A stretch of DNA of 59,237 nucleotides from a virus. Taxonomy: Duplodnaviria; Caudoviricetes. The stretch spans positions 1 to 59,237 of the IMG/VR virus record IMGVR_UViG_3300027896_000047. The stretch is one strand, 5' to 3'. A program made the translations under genes and the position numbers. The notes under the pieces were generated by a model. That model did not search any database, had not been told where the DNA came from, and was given only the letters and a program-made list of their open reading frames with translations. This document shows, in pieces, positions 1-10,016 of the stretch. Positions within the stretch are counted from its first letter, which is position 1; each line of letters starts with the position of its first letter.

Positions 1-415
1 TATAATAATGTTGTAGACCAGAACCACCTCGATACACACCAATGTTTGTTGTGTTGTACGGTTTAGTCCATCCAGCAGATGCAGTTTTAGTGGTGATTGT
101 GCCAGTAGGATTATTATTAGTAATTCCTGTTGTAGTATATGTGAATGTATTCCCACCAGTTACAGTTATTACAAACTCCCCATTGTATGCATTATCACTA
201 GATCCTGCGATAGTCTGCCTAGATGCTGATGTGAGTAAGTGATTGGAAGTTGTAGTTACTGTAACTAAACCTGCATTATTTGATAGACTTGTAACGTTTT
301 GTTGCCCATAACCGTTTACAAGGCATGCATCTAAAATGGGAATTAAGTACCCTGCATTCCCATAAAGTGTAGGAGCACCAGCATCAGTAGAACGAAATAT
401 TTTAACATTTCCCAT
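1..415 (-). CDS. Phage tail/virion structural protein, runs off the window edge
   Basis: Not in the ORF track. ATG at 415 reads MGNVKIFRSTDAGAPTLYGNAGYLIPILDACLVNGYG...SAGWTKPY. The S-D-GAP-L...LDACLVNG start is typical of phage tail-associated proteins; the rest is Thr/Asn/Gly-rich and open to position 1. Confidence 0.65.
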   Translation of the reverse strand, partial: MGNVKIFRSTDAGAPTLYGNAGYLIPILDACLVNGYGQQNVTSLSNNAGLVTVTTTSNHLLTSASRQTIAGSSDNAYNGEFVITVTGGNTFTYTTTGITNNNPTGTITTKTASAGWTKPYNTTNIGVYRGGSGLQHYY

Positions 416-435
416 TATTTACTATATCCCTTTTA

Positions 436-1419
436 TTAAGAAGAGGCAGCTTGCCCTCTAAGTATATGTTTAAAATTAGTATAAGTATTTGTATCTCCAG
501 CGGTTATAATTCTTTTAAACCAAAGTGCAATAGCTGAAGGGTATGTTACAAATGTTACAGTGTCATTTGTATTCCAGGTACCCTGCCAAATCCCATAATA
601 CAATACAAAGTAAGGGGCGTTCGTTAATGTATTTAAAGGGATAAAATTCTCTGTTATATTCCCATCCCCCACATACCCAAGTGAATCTCCATGTAATGTG
701 AAATGAGTTGAATTATAAAAAGAAAGAGTCCAAATTTGGTATGCAGTTCCAAGATTAACTGTATCAATATCGTATTCTGAGATATTTAATATACCAGAGG
801 AACTTGTAGTTGTTAATCCATCATATGTTGTAATTAAATCATTAACTGGCAAAATAGAACTGATTACAGTAGTAGATGAGGTATATGTGCCTTGTATAGA
901 ATCACCAGCATGTAAAGTGATTGCTATATTTAAATTATTTATACTTACTGTTACGTTATTAAAATATTCACTTTGTGTAGCATTTCCAATTCGTATGTTA
1001 TCACCAGTGACAAAAGTTACTATATTTACATTCTCTAAAGTGCCTTGTAAAATAGTTGCTCCAGCTGACACACTGATTCTAAGTTGTGCAGAGCCATAAA
1101 ATCTAGTTGTGTTTTGTATATCTAATTGTGTATCAGTGTTATTACCTTCACAAAATACAATAATATCATTACCCGACGTATATTGTGTCAATGCTACAAT
1201 AGGATTTCGTAATGCTAAATTACTACTGTTATTATTTTTCCAGAAGACTTTTCGCCATGTGGTACTGCCGTTTAGTTTCTCATTATCGGAAACATCTGGG
1301 AATATATTATCTTGTACACCACTTACAGCAATATTTGAGGACATTACCCCGCCATTACTCAAATCAGAGGTGTTTTTGGTAGCTGTATATAAAACTAAAT
1401 CAGTTGTATTAAATGACAT
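436..1419 (-). CDS. Putative virion (tail/baseplate) protein, 327 aa
   Basis: Thr/Asn/Ser-rich beta-type composition; co-oriented with the downstream tail gene; TAAAACAT motif upstream. Confidence 0.55.
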   Translation of the reverse strand: MSFNTTDLVLYTATKNTSDLSNGGVMSSNIAVSGVQDNIFPDVSDNEKLNGSTTWRKVFWKNNNSSNLALRNPIVALTQYTSGNDIIVFCEGNNTDTQLDIQNTTRFYGSAQLRISVSAGATILQGTLENVNIVTFVTGDNIRIGNATQSEYFNNVTVSINNLNIAITLHAGDSIQGTYTSSTTVISSILPVNDLITTYDGLTTTSSSGILNISEYDIDTVNLGTAYQIWTLSFYNSTHFTLHGDSLGYVGDGNITENFIPLNTLTNAPYFVLYYGIWQGTWNTNDTVTFVTYPSAIALWFKRIITAGDTNTYTNFKHILRGQAASS

Positions 1420-1488
1420 ACATACCCTATGCAGATTAAGAATTTATTTTACTATGTTTTACTTTAAGAAGATTTCGCTAATTTCTCA

Positions 1489-1517
1489 TTGCATTTTTGT
1501 TTGTATTTATGTATAAT
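1489..1517 (+). promoter_or_regulatory. Sigma70-like promoter
   Basis: TTGCAT (1489-1494), 17-nt spacer, TATAAT (1512-1517), at the strand-switch point. Confidence 0.7.
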
Positions 1518-1823
1518 CATAACATATTAGAATTTATTTTTATAAGAGAATTTATGCTATACAGAATGAACATATCAGAACTATCAGAGATAACTGATAT
1601 TGCTTCTTTAGATGACAAAGTAGTGGTTTATTTTATTAAATGCCCTATGTGTTCATATAAAAGGATTTCATATTCTCTAGATATAATTATGTCTGTGTGC
1701 AAAGCACACATTCATTATACACATCCTAAAGAAATGATTGACAATAAAAACATAGTATATAAGATGGTAACTATAGATAAAGATTTGTATTTACAATTAC
1801 ATGATGTTGTTTTAATAGATTAA
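1497..1823 (+). CDS. Hypothetical protein with CxxC...CxxH motif (true start probably downstream, ~1554 or 1566)
   Basis: ORF track; KCPMC...CKAHIH. The annotated start overlaps the promoter. Confidence 0.5.
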   Translation: MFVFMYNHNILEFIFIREFMLYRMNISELSEITDIASLDDKVVVYFIKCPMCSYKRISYSLDIIMSVCKAHIHYTHPKEMIDNKNIVYKMVTIDKDLYLQLHDVVLID

Positions 1824-1834
1824 AAGGAGAAGAT

Positions 1835-2203
1835 ATGGGATGCCCTGAATCATGCGCACTCATTCAAAAAATAGCAGAAGAAGGATTACCAAGAGTAGAA
1901 GGAGCCTGTTCTACTTTAGAACAATCAATTAATGTAAGTGAAATTACTATAAAATCATTATATGAATTAATTGAATTGTACGAAGTGGCATTACATAGGG
2001 TCACTGATTACGAAAATAAGATTTTAAAGTTACGAAAAGAGAAATATTTACTAGAGCACGAAAATCAAAACCTTACCAACCAAATTATAGAATCTCAAGC
2101 GGAGAAACAACAGTTTATTGAGATACTAAAAAAATATAGTGATGAAGGGAAAGTATTTGATATCACTTCATTTTTAAATAAAACATGTGCTATAATCCAT
2201 TAG
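1835..2203 (+). CDS. Hypothetical coiled-coil protein
   Basis: AAGGAG RBS; heptad-like Leu/Glu/Lys pattern. Confidence 0.6.
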   Translation: MGCPESCALIQKIAEEGLPRVEGACSTLEQSINVSEITIKSLYELIELYEVALHRVTDYENKILKLRKEKYLLEHENQNLTNQIIESQAEKQQFIEILKKYSDEGKVFDITSFLNKTCAIIH

Positions 2204-2250
2204 TTTAAAAATCATAAATTTTTATTTTTAGTATTGTATGCATTTTTTTA

Positions 2251-2279
2251 TTGCATAATTATTTTTAATATATTATATT
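2251..2279 (+). promoter_or_regulatory. Sigma70-like promoter
   Basis: TTGCAT-N17-TATATT upstream of the 2340 ORF. Confidence 0.55.
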
Positions 2280-2339
2280 GTATATCATACTCGTAAAGTT
2301 AATTAGTTAAGTCCACAAATTCAACTACAAATAGTTCAT

Positions 2340-3833
2340 ATGTATACAATGCAAGATCATACAAATTTTAGAAAAGTTGTCTCTAGTTCGATAGAGGCTA
2401 TCGTGCATACTAAATTAAATGCAGGTAATTTTTTACATAAGTGTGTAAGCACGTCAAAGAGTGGTAGCTTTCTTCCCTTTTATGAAAGGACTCTTTTACG
2501 TCTTAATGCATCTATGTCTACCACTGAATTTTTTAATTTAGGGATCAATAAAATACAATTACCTAAAAAAGAGGCTGAGAAAATTTTAACATACGAATTA
2601 ACTGAATCATATAGAGCTCTTCTTGGATTTGTCTATATGTATAGAAGAACTCCTAAAGGAGCGTGTTCAGTAATTGCTGGTAAGTTACATATAAATAGTA
2701 ACTATTTAAGGCAGGTTTTATCAGAATACGTTTCTTGTAGTTCTAAATTACTTAATTCTATCGCATCGTTATATGGCACTACTTATGAAACATTCGTAAC
2801 GATGGGAGAATGTGTACATAAAAGTGATTTTGCGACACTGGATACCACAATTTATAATTTAAAAGACACTATTGATTTCAAAAAAAATGAGATAGCAGTT
2901 GTACCTTTCACCAATACTTCAAATGCTGATTTTTCCGATCAACGCAATATGTCAATTCTTTTAGGTTTAGGTCTAAATAAATTATTACAAATTAAAGGAA
3001 TTGAACAGTCATTAAGTATAGCTTCAATGTTTGATATGAGTTCAGGGACATTTAATAAAATATTGAATTTTACTAAATTTCCAAATAATGTTTTTAATTA
3101 CACTATGTACCAAAGTATTGTGGATGGATTACATACAACATTTAATGAATTATTTACTATTGGTTTAACTGAGTATAATACATATAACCCTTCTTCATAT
3201 CTTGTTGAGAATGATCGTAAGCAGTTAGTGCATGATTCGATTATTAATGAAAGAAAAAAAGTACTGACAACATATAGAGATATTGTTACTTTACTTAATA
3301 TACCTTCATATAAAACAATCCTTGTTAATGTATCAGGGATAGACTTTCCACATTTAAGTAGAATCGATTCAATTGGTGCAATACCAAGTGAGAAAGTGTT
3401 AAGTAAAATAGCAAATGCTTTTGGATCAACATATCAATATTTTTTAGAGATAGGTAATCTCTCGAAAGAACTCAGAGAAATTGAGATTCGGAAAATTCTA
3501 AAACTTGACAGTCCTATTAATAAATATTACAAAGAAAAACAATGCGACGTAGTGACTGTTACAAAAGATATTTCAAATGTGTTACAGTATGTTGCTTTTA
3601 TGTATAAAGAAAAAAGTATACGTACTTGGGCAAAGAAAGCGAATATAAGTTACTCATGTATTCACAAAATTAAAAATGCTGGAAATAAACCATCAAAAAG
3701 AACCATTCAAAAATTAGCTGCTGTTGTAGGTATTGCTTCTGAAGATTTAATTGATATGGGTAAAAGTATTACTGATCCTTCTATTCCAATAACCTCTGAT
3801 TCACGTTTTGATGTTTTTCTAATATTTAAATAA
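2340..3833 (+). CDS. Protein with 4-5 tandem Cro/C1 (XRE)-type HTH domains
   Basis: Repeated units ending in ..IA..(Y/F)G.T...F..(M/I)G. The last unit SIRTWAKKANISYSCIHKIKNAGNKPSKRTIQKLAAVVG is a textbook XRE HTH. Confidence 0.7.
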   Translation: MYTMQDHTNFRKVVSSSIEAIVHTKLNAGNFLHKCVSTSKSGSFLPFYERTLLRLNASMSTTEFFNLGINKIQLPKKEAEKILTYELTESYRALLGFVYMYRRTPKGACSVIAGKLHINSNYLRQVLSEYVSCSSKLLNSIASLYGTTYETFVTMGECVHKSDFATLDTTIYNLKDTIDFKKNEIAVVPFTNTSNADFSDQRNMSILLGLGLNKLLQIKGIEQSLSIASMFDMSSGTFNKILNFTKFPNNVFNYTMYQSIVDGLHTTFNELFTIGLTEYNTYNPSSYLVENDRKQLVHDSIINERKKVLTTYRDIVTLLNIPSYKTILVNVSGIDFPHLSRIDSIGAIPSEKVLSKIANAFGSTYQYFLEIGNLSKELREIEIRKILKLDSPINKYYKEKQCDVVTVTKDISNVLQYVAFMYKEKSIRTWAKKANISYSCIHKIKNAGNKPSKRTIQKLAAVVGIASEDLIDMGKSITDPSIPITSDSRFDVFLIFK

Positions 3834-3852
3834 TTTTTATTTATACTATTAC

Positions 3853-3890
3853 AAATCGCAGAGTGGGTGCTTACCTACTCTGCGATTTTT
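3853..3890 (+). terminator. Intrinsic terminator
   Basis: AAATCGCAGAGTGGGT-gctt-ACCTACTCTGCGATTT hairpin followed by a T run. Confidence 0.8.
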
Positions 3891-3991
3891 GTTTTACTAC
3901 AGAAAAGTGTAGAACTTTCCTAATATTTCTGTTACTATAGAAATAATACTATTTTTGTTTATGCTTTGTTCATATTAAGAAAAGGAAATCA

Positions 3992-4579
3992 ATGGATTAC
4001 ACAAAATGTACTATTTGGGAACCTAGTATTAAAACACCTAAAATACCACTTGTAGAAATTAATAGTACTTTTATACCTTTATACCCTGTATTTATGACTC
4101 GTTTTAGCCCATCGTCATATAGAAGAGGATGGTTTTGGGTGTATGAATGTACAAAGTGTGGGAAAGAACGTCTAATGTCAAGAGGGTTTACAGTATACAA
4201 TGAATGTACATGTGTAGCCCATCGTCAAGTAACAAGAGTGCCAATATTTCCTAGAGAGGAACATGCATTATGTAGTGGATGTGGGAAAGATTTCGTGTAC
4301 ACAAAATTAGCCGGGACTCATTTTATAAAATATTGTGGTAATGAATGCACTGCTTTAGCTAAAAGTACTTTTCAAAAAAATTGGAGTGTTGAGCATAAAA
4401 AATTATCTGTGATTGAAGGATTTAATAGAGTCAAAATATGTATGAGATATGACGGGGTTTCATATGCATTATGTGATCATTATCATGTGTGTTTAACTTT
4501 TAGAATTGACGGGGATTTAGGACCTCATTATATTGAAGGTGGTGGATGTTACATATTTTCTGGGAAAAACATAGTATAA
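3992..4579 (+). CDS. Cys-rich (zinc-finger-like) hypothetical protein
   Basis: CTKCG, CTC, CSGCG, YCGNEC and CDHYHVC motifs. Confidence 0.6.
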   Translation: MDYTKCTIWEPSIKTPKIPLVEINSTFIPLYPVFMTRFSPSSYRRGWFWVYECTKCGKERLMSRGFTVYNECTCVAHRQVTRVPIFPREEHALCSGCGKDFVYTKLAGTHFIKYCGNECTALAKSTFQKNWSVEHKKLSVIEGFNRVKICMRYDGVSYALCDHYHVCLTFRIDGDLGPHYIEGGGCYIFSGKNIV

Positions 4580-4593
4580 AGTGTAAAAAACGC

Positions 4594-4622
4594 TTGTATT
4601 TGATTTATAAATAGTGTAAAGT
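4594..4622 (+). promoter_or_regulatory. Sigma70-like promoter
   Basis: TTGTAT-N17-TAAAGT; flanks closely resemble the promoter at 15573. Confidence 0.6.
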
Positions 4623-4675
4623 GTAATTAGATTTTTAAATTTCTACTATCTACTATTTTACTAAAGGAGTTATCC

Positions 4676-6160
4676 ATGCCAAGTTCTGAGAGTGTAAAAG
4701 AAATTAATGCCGAAGTAGTAACAGCACACCTTTTAAAATATCCTGGCGTTCCATTTAGAGCTACTAATTTTGCACGTAGTTTGCAAAAAGAAGGCTATAA
4801 TGTAAGCGTAGATGTAGCTAATAATTATCTCTGGGCAGTTAGTGCTTCAAAAAGTTTTAAATCTTTTGCGACTGTTACTTCTTCTAATAATTCTCTTTGT
4901 ATAAAAACTCGAAGAACTCGATTTTTAAAAAGTAATGGTACTGTTTTACAAATTGGACTGGTTGCTGAGTTAGAAAAAATGTATACAAAAATTAATCGCG
5001 AATTTCACATAAAAAAGAATGCATGTGTAGAGAAAAAATGTGATGAATTGCTTACTTATATTAATACCCCAACATTATTTTCCAGTACTGCAAATAATGG
5101 GGCATATCATACTAAATCGGTACTCCAGCATTTTTTTAAGAATCAGGGCGTCCTATTAACTGGTAAAATATTTTATAATATTTTACGAAAGGCGGATGTG
5201 TGGATAAGTAGATCTACTGTTACTTTGTATATAAAAGCTATCATAAATTCAAAAGCAATACGTCCTTATCTTACAAATTTATCAACTTCTACTCGTATAG
5301 GTATAAAAAGCATAGCAGCACAAATGCCTACAAGCATTGAAGAATTTCAACGAATTGAAAATAGTGTACGAAGTGAGTACAAAAATATTGATAAAATATA
5401 TCAAGATCGTTATAGAGTGAAAAAGAGGGATCGTTATATAGCGAAAAAACAAGAAGCACTGAAAGCACTACCATTAAAAGAAAAGATATCAAGAAGAACT
5501 AGGGCCTTGAGAATTGCTCCAAGTATGATGATCGACACATTTACTGGTTTGTCAGGATATGATATAAATTCTACTATGTTTCAAAAGTTAGTACAGGAAA
5601 AAGGGGTAAAAGTTAGTACTTCTACAGTATATAGGTATATGATGTCTTTTGTTTTGACGGATTCTTTCCGTGAATACATTAAACCTTCAGTTGTTAGTGG
5701 TACTCTATTTCTACAACATATTAATACTAATTTATATGCAACATTGTTAGACACTGAGAAGTCCCAAATTGTATCTGATATAACCACTACATATAAATTA
5801 ATTGTTAATAAAGACGCATCTGGGCATAAAGGAGCATTTTCAAATGTAATATTAGATGCTCGATTGAATAAAAAGAATTTTTGTACCTTTGTCAAGGAAT
5901 GTATTATACAAGATAAAAGTGATAAAGGGATTGATAAAAGAGTCAATGCAGCTCTCACCGAAAAACCTCAGACACGTTCTGAAGATGTACCAAAAGTAAA
6001 AAAGAAATTTGACGCATTACCTGATATTAGTACATCTCCTAGTATTACTCTTCCTTTAAATACAATAGAAGTTGTTATAGAGTTATTGAAAAGGGAAGAT
6101 TTTGAGAATGCGGTACTTACATCTTCAGGTTCTATTGTTTTTAATTTCAAAAATAAATAA
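4676..6160 (+). CDS. Putative DNA-binding protein with three winged-helix-like repeats
   Basis: AAGGAG RBS. Three units of type F...L.K.G..(V/I)S.ST...Y; highly basic. Confidence 0.6.
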   Translation: MPSSESVKEINAEVVTAHLLKYPGVPFRATNFARSLQKEGYNVSVDVANNYLWAVSASKSFKSFATVTSSNNSLCIKTRRTRFLKSNGTVLQIGLVAELEKMYTKINREFHIKKNACVEKKCDELLTYINTPTLFSSTANNGAYHTKSVLQHFFKNQGVLLTGKIFYNILRKADVWISRSTVTLYIKAIINSKAIRPYLTNLSTSTRIGIKSIAAQMPTSIEEFQRIENSVRSEYKNIDKIYQDRYRVKKRDRYIAKKQEALKALPLKEKISRRTRALRIAPSMMIDTFTGLSGYDINSTMFQKLVQEKGVKVSTSTVYRYMMSFVLTDSFREYIKPSVVSGTLFLQHINTNLYATLLDTEKSQIVSDITTTYKLIVNKDASGHKGAFSNVILDARLNKKNFCTFVKECIIQDKSDKGIDKRVNAALTEKPQTRSEDVPKVKKKFDALPDISTSPSITLPLNTIEVVIELLKREDFENAVLTSSGSIVFNFKNK

Positions 6161-6197
6161 ATCGAATTACGTAATTCTACTAGTAAAGGAGATGGAC

Positions 6198-6797
6198 ATG
6201 ATTAAACATTCAAAGAAACGGTATTCATTAGCAGCTGAGGATGCAGTTATGCATCTTTTGTCACGTCCTGGTGTTCCTTTTGGATCATCAACTTTTAGAG
6301 ACAGTTTACGAAAACAAGGGTACCCTATTAGTAATTCTACCGCTGGTAGATATTTTAAAGCATTTTGGAATACACCAGAAATAGCTCCTTTTATTGAACT
6401 TAAAGTTTCGGGTCGACATCGTTTTATTCGTTATAATGGAGGTAAAATAGATAAGTTTAATTCTATTGTTGATAGTGTTCGTCGAGAGTATAGCAAAATA
6501 ACAAATGCTTATTGGATTGCTAAAAAGGTAGCTGCTAGAAGTACAAGAGTAGAAGAGCACAATCATAAATCAGCAATAATTGAAAAGCAGTCTCAAATAG
6601 AGCCTGATAGAATCAAAGAATTGGATGATACTGTGCAGAAGAATACTAAATCAATTAAAGGATTTGTAGATACTCAAAGTACAGCATTACTAAAATTATT
6701 TGGGATTATACGTCACCCAAATATTAAAAAAGCAGTAATTGAGAAAAATGGAATGACTTTCAATGTAACTCTTGAAATCTCTGCTGATAAGGAATGA
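6198..6797 (+). CDS. Single-repeat paralog of the upstream winged-helix-like protein
   Basis: HLLSRPGVPFGSSTFRDSLRKQGYPISNSTAGRYF aligns by eye with HLLKYPGVPFRATNFARSLQKEGYNVSVDVANNYL. Start moved to the ATG after AAGGAG. Confidence 0.65.
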   Translation: MIKHSKKRYSLAAEDAVMHLLSRPGVPFGSSTFRDSLRKQGYPISNSTAGRYFKAFWNTPEIAPFIELKVSGRHRFIRYNGGKIDKFNSIVDSVRREYSKITNAYWIAKKVAARSTRVEEHNHKSAIIEKQSQIEPDRIKELDDTVQKNTKSIKGFVDTQSTALLKLFGIIRHPNIKKAVIEKNGMTFNVTLEISADKE

Positions 6798-6798
6798 T

Positions 6799-7278
6799 AT
6801 GACTATTAGAGTCGATTTAATTATAGCAGGTATGTTTATAGGTGCATTTTTGTATGGTTTGTTTTCTTTTTGGCGGTATTGGAAACAGCAAAAAAATATA
6901 CGTCTTCAACAAGAAAAAGAGAAGCAAATACGAGATGCTCTTTACGTAGAACGAGAATCACAACAAAAAGTCATGTATAAAAATTACACTACTAAAAATG
7001 ATAGGAATGTACGTGTAAATCGTTTACGAGACACAAATTTCATCTCTATAGTAGTTACAGAAGCTGCTATCGATGATGAGTATGAAGTGCCAGATCGATG
7101 TTTTGAAATACAGGATGATGTAGTTCTACCCACAGAAGAATTTACTAGTGGGGGAGGGCTATTTGAAGGAAGTGGAGCTAGTGGAAATTACGATAATAGT
7201 GATACATCTAGCACTGTTGATTCTTCTAGTTCTTTCGATAGTGGGTGTAGTTCTTCTGATTGTGGGTCTGGGGATTAA
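6799..7278 (+). CDS. Single-pass membrane protein with Gly/Ser/Asp-rich tail
   Basis: N-terminal TM helix LIIAGMFIGAFLYGLFSFW; C-terminus FTSGGGLFEGSGASGNYD...SSDCGSGD. Confidence 0.65.
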   Translation: MTIRVDLIIAGMFIGAFLYGLFSFWRYWKQQKNIRLQQEKEKQIRDALYVERESQQKVMYKNYTTKNDRNVRVNRLRDTNFISIVVTEAAIDDEYEVPDRCFEIQDDVVLPTEEFTSGGGLFEGSGASGNYDNSDTSSTVDSSSSFDSGCSSSDCGSGD

Positions 7279-7310
7279 TAGCATTAACATATTTAATATA
7301 TAGGTGGAGT

Positions 7311-7640
7311 ATGCAGCTTTATCAAATTAAAGACGAGAAATGTCCCGTTTGTGGCTCTCGAATAAAATCTGAAACACAAGAATCACAACATACAAATGGA
7401 CATTGGAATGAGACTCGGGTATTTGAATGCGGTGCTATTATCAGATGGTCTCCTAATTTTATAGATATTGATAGGGTGAGGTGCTATCAATGTCCTAAAA
7501 GTCCTGATGAAGTTTCAAAAAAGGATAAACGAATGGACGCTAAGAACAAAGTTCTTGCATATATTAAAAAATTAAAAGTTGATGATGTATTTAAAGATTC
7601 TCTTTTAGATGGCATTCAATATCGAAATATTGATTATTAA
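7311..7640 (+). CDS. Small zinc-ribbon hypothetical protein
   Basis: CPVCG...FECG...C; GGAG RBS before ATG 7311. Confidence 0.55.
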   Translation: MQLYQIKDEKCPVCGSRIKSETQESQHTNGHWNETRVFECGAIIRWSPNFIDIDRVRCYQCPKSPDEVSKKDKRMDAKNKVLAYIKKLKVDDVFKDSLLDGIQYRNIDY

Positions 7641-7660
7641 AAGGACAGCTGGTGTAATGT

Positions 7661-8890
7661 ATGTATACAATAAATAACCTTAATATATTTTCTGATAGTA
7701 TTGATGGTGCTACTTTGAATCAGATGCATTCAGCATTAGACCATGATTGGGTAGTTAGAGGAGTATTACTTCCTGATGCACATTTAGGATATGGCCTGCC
7801 TATCGGAGGTGTAGTTTCTACGCGAGATGTAGTGGTACCTCCTTGGGTAGGCTACGATATAGGGTGCGGTATCTGTGCTGTTAAAACCCTTTTTAAACTA
7901 GATAATATTGGTTCTGAAGAGAGCATCGCAACATTTCGTGACATATACACACTTATTACTGATACCGTCCCTTTAGGTGTAGGTGTGTATCGGAAGAAAG
8001 CAGTTATGTCATCAAGGCAGATTTATGATAAATTTGAGATTGAGTGTTCTGATTTTTTAAAGGCTCGGATGGACCAAAAAATGGCATTGCAGTTAGGGTC
8101 CCTTGGGAGCGGTAACCATTTCATCGAAATTGGGCTAGATTCAGAGAGCTACTTATGGGTAATTATACATTCAGGATCAAGAGGCTTTGGCCACGGTTGT
8201 GCCACCCATTACATGGAGTTAGCTCAACCAGACGCTGGATCAAAAGAAGGATCTTATCCATTGGATATAAACTCAGTAAACGGAAAAAATTATATTAAAG
8301 ACCTTGCGTTTATGCTTGAGTTCGCATTGATAAATAGAGAAGTCATTATGAATGACGTTCTTAATTGCGTATACAAATGTATAACTGGTGAAAATTTCCG
8401 TTCTTTTGTGTATGTTAAGGGGCGTGATTTAATAACACATCCTATTAAAAAGCAAGCGTATGATGCAACACATGATGATAGAATTACAGTGTTCATTAAC
8501 CGCAATCATAATCATGCTGAGTTAAGAGACGGTTTATGGATTCATCGTAAAGGAGCCACGCATGCTGAAGATGGCATGTTGGGTGTTATTCCGGGGAATA
8601 TGCGAGACGGTTCTTTTATTGTAAAAGGTAAAGGCAATCCTGATTCATTGTGTTCATCTTCCCATGGAGCTGGGCGTATTTTAGGACGAAAACAAGCAAA
8701 AAGAATTCTTGATGTTTTGAAGTTTGTTAACACTATGAAAGATGTTGTTTGTGGTGTTTCGAATGATCCAGGTGGTTTGTTGGATGAAGCACCTGGAGCA
8801 TACAAAGACATTTTTACAGTTATGGATGAGCAAAAGGATCTTGTTGAAGTTGTTGAGCATGTTACACCTCTGATTAATGTAAAACGATGA
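7661..8890 (+). CDS. rtcB: RtcB-family RNA ligase
   Basis: Motifs PDAHLG, GYDIGCG, GNHFIE, HSGSRG, HNH, HRKGAT, PGNM, SHGAGR and DEAPGAYK are all intact. Confidence 0.95.
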   Translation: MYTINNLNIFSDSIDGATLNQMHSALDHDWVVRGVLLPDAHLGYGLPIGGVVSTRDVVVPPWVGYDIGCGICAVKTLFKLDNIGSEESIATFRDIYTLITDTVPLGVGVYRKKAVMSSRQIYDKFEIECSDFLKARMDQKMALQLGSLGSGNHFIEIGLDSESYLWVIIHSGSRGFGHGCATHYMELAQPDAGSKEGSYPLDINSVNGKNYIKDLAFMLEFALINREVIMNDVLNCVYKCITGENFRSFVYVKGRDLITHPIKKQAYDATHDDRITVFINRNHNHAELRDGLWIHRKGATHAEDGMLGVIPGNMRDGSFIVKGKGNPDSLCSSSHGAGRILGRKQAKRILDVLKFVNTMKDVVCGVSNDPGGLLDEAPGAYKDIFTVMDEQKDLVEVVEHVTPLINVKR

Positions 8891-9081
8891 GTCAGAAGTC
8901 AATATCTCTAGAAGAACTCCTTGTCCGTATGCACGACATAAGTGCCCAGCATAAGTTAAAGGAAACTGCTTTAGAAATTGCTGGGCATAACAAAAGAAGC
9001 GATGTGTATTTAGAGTTGTTGAATACCACATTAGCTGAACTCACAGCTATTATGAATTATTACACTATACATAAGGACTAA
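8887..9081 (+). CDS. Hypothetical protein
   Basis: ATGA overlap with the rtcB stop. Confidence 0.5.
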   Translation: MSQKSISLEELLVRMHDISAQHKLKETALEIAGHNKRSDVYLELLNTTLAELTAIMNYYTIHKD

Positions 9082-9082
9082 T

Positions 9083-9640
9083 ATGTACAATATATTCAAA
9101 GACACACCATACATAGTGTTAAATGCTATAGCGGTAACAAGTGTTACACTTGTAGGGAATATTCATACTGAATACCCTCTTCCGTCAGGGAACTGCTTTT
9201 CAGTACAAGTGGGTAATGGTAAACATTATCGAATTGTTAACTTTAATCATGAAAATTTGGAAGAACTGATAAGAAGAGAAGTTATTTCATTCCCAATTAA
9301 AATAATGGTGTTGTCTGATAGGGTTGCTGTGATACATGATTCTCGTATTGACCACGATTGGTATGATACTAGATTCTGTGAAGTGTGTTGCCCTAACTCT
9401 TTATTACCATTGCCTCAGTTGTTATGTTGGGATAGAGATGAACGAGATGGGACTAGGACAACCACTGAATATGAGAACGGTTCAGTTATTGTTGAGCAGA
9501 AAATCAAATCATCTAAACGCAAGTTAGAAGGCACTTGGACTATCGATGTTGCTGATTATATTCCTATAGTTGAACAAAAAGCGGGTATCACTATGGAGAC
9601 TGAATTTTCTCGAATATTGTCAGGAAAAGATAATGAGTAG
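9083..9640 (+). CDS. Hypothetical protein
   Basis: ORF track; tightly packed in operon. Confidence 0.55.
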   Translation: MYNIFKDTPYIVLNAIAVTSVTLVGNIHTEYPLPSGNCFSVQVGNGKHYRIVNFNHENLEELIRREVISFPIKIMVLSDRVAVIHDSRIDHDWYDTRFCEVCCPNSLLPLPQLLCWDRDERDGTRTTTEYENGSVIVEQKIKSSKRKLEGTWTIDVADYIPIVEQKAGITMETEFSRILSGKDNE

Positions 9641-10016
9641 TAAAAAAGATTTAATGCTAATTTGTGCTGATATGTGGGACGAAATAGTCAGACTTCTTAG
9701 GAAAGATGCCTTAGTACACATCATTATACTAAAACAGAAAGCTTTAAACACAGTTGTTCGTAATGAAGATCTTAAAAAATCTATTCGTGAACGACTGTAT
9801 TGCCCTGCTTGTTTTATTGCCCGTGAGAACTGTAAAAAATGCCTCATGCTTGATGTTTGGGGATATAAAGAAGGAGATACAGGAGTAAGTGATTATTTGT
9901 GTTCACGCCCTAATTCTCCTTACACAATAGTAGCTGATATAAATAACGGCACAAGTAGATTATCATCAGCACAAAAAATAGCAGATGAAGCTAGGAGGAT
10001 AGCAAATATATTATGA
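9633..10016 (+). CDS. Hypothetical Cys-rich protein
   Basis: CPAC...CKKC; start adjusted to the in-frame ATG at 9633. Confidence 0.5.
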   Translation: MSSKKDLMLICADMWDEIVRLLRKDALVHIIILKQKALNTVVRNEDLKKSIRERLYCPACFIARENCKKCLMLDVWGYKEGDTGVSDYLCSRPNSPYTIVADINNGTSRLSSAQKIADEARRIANIL

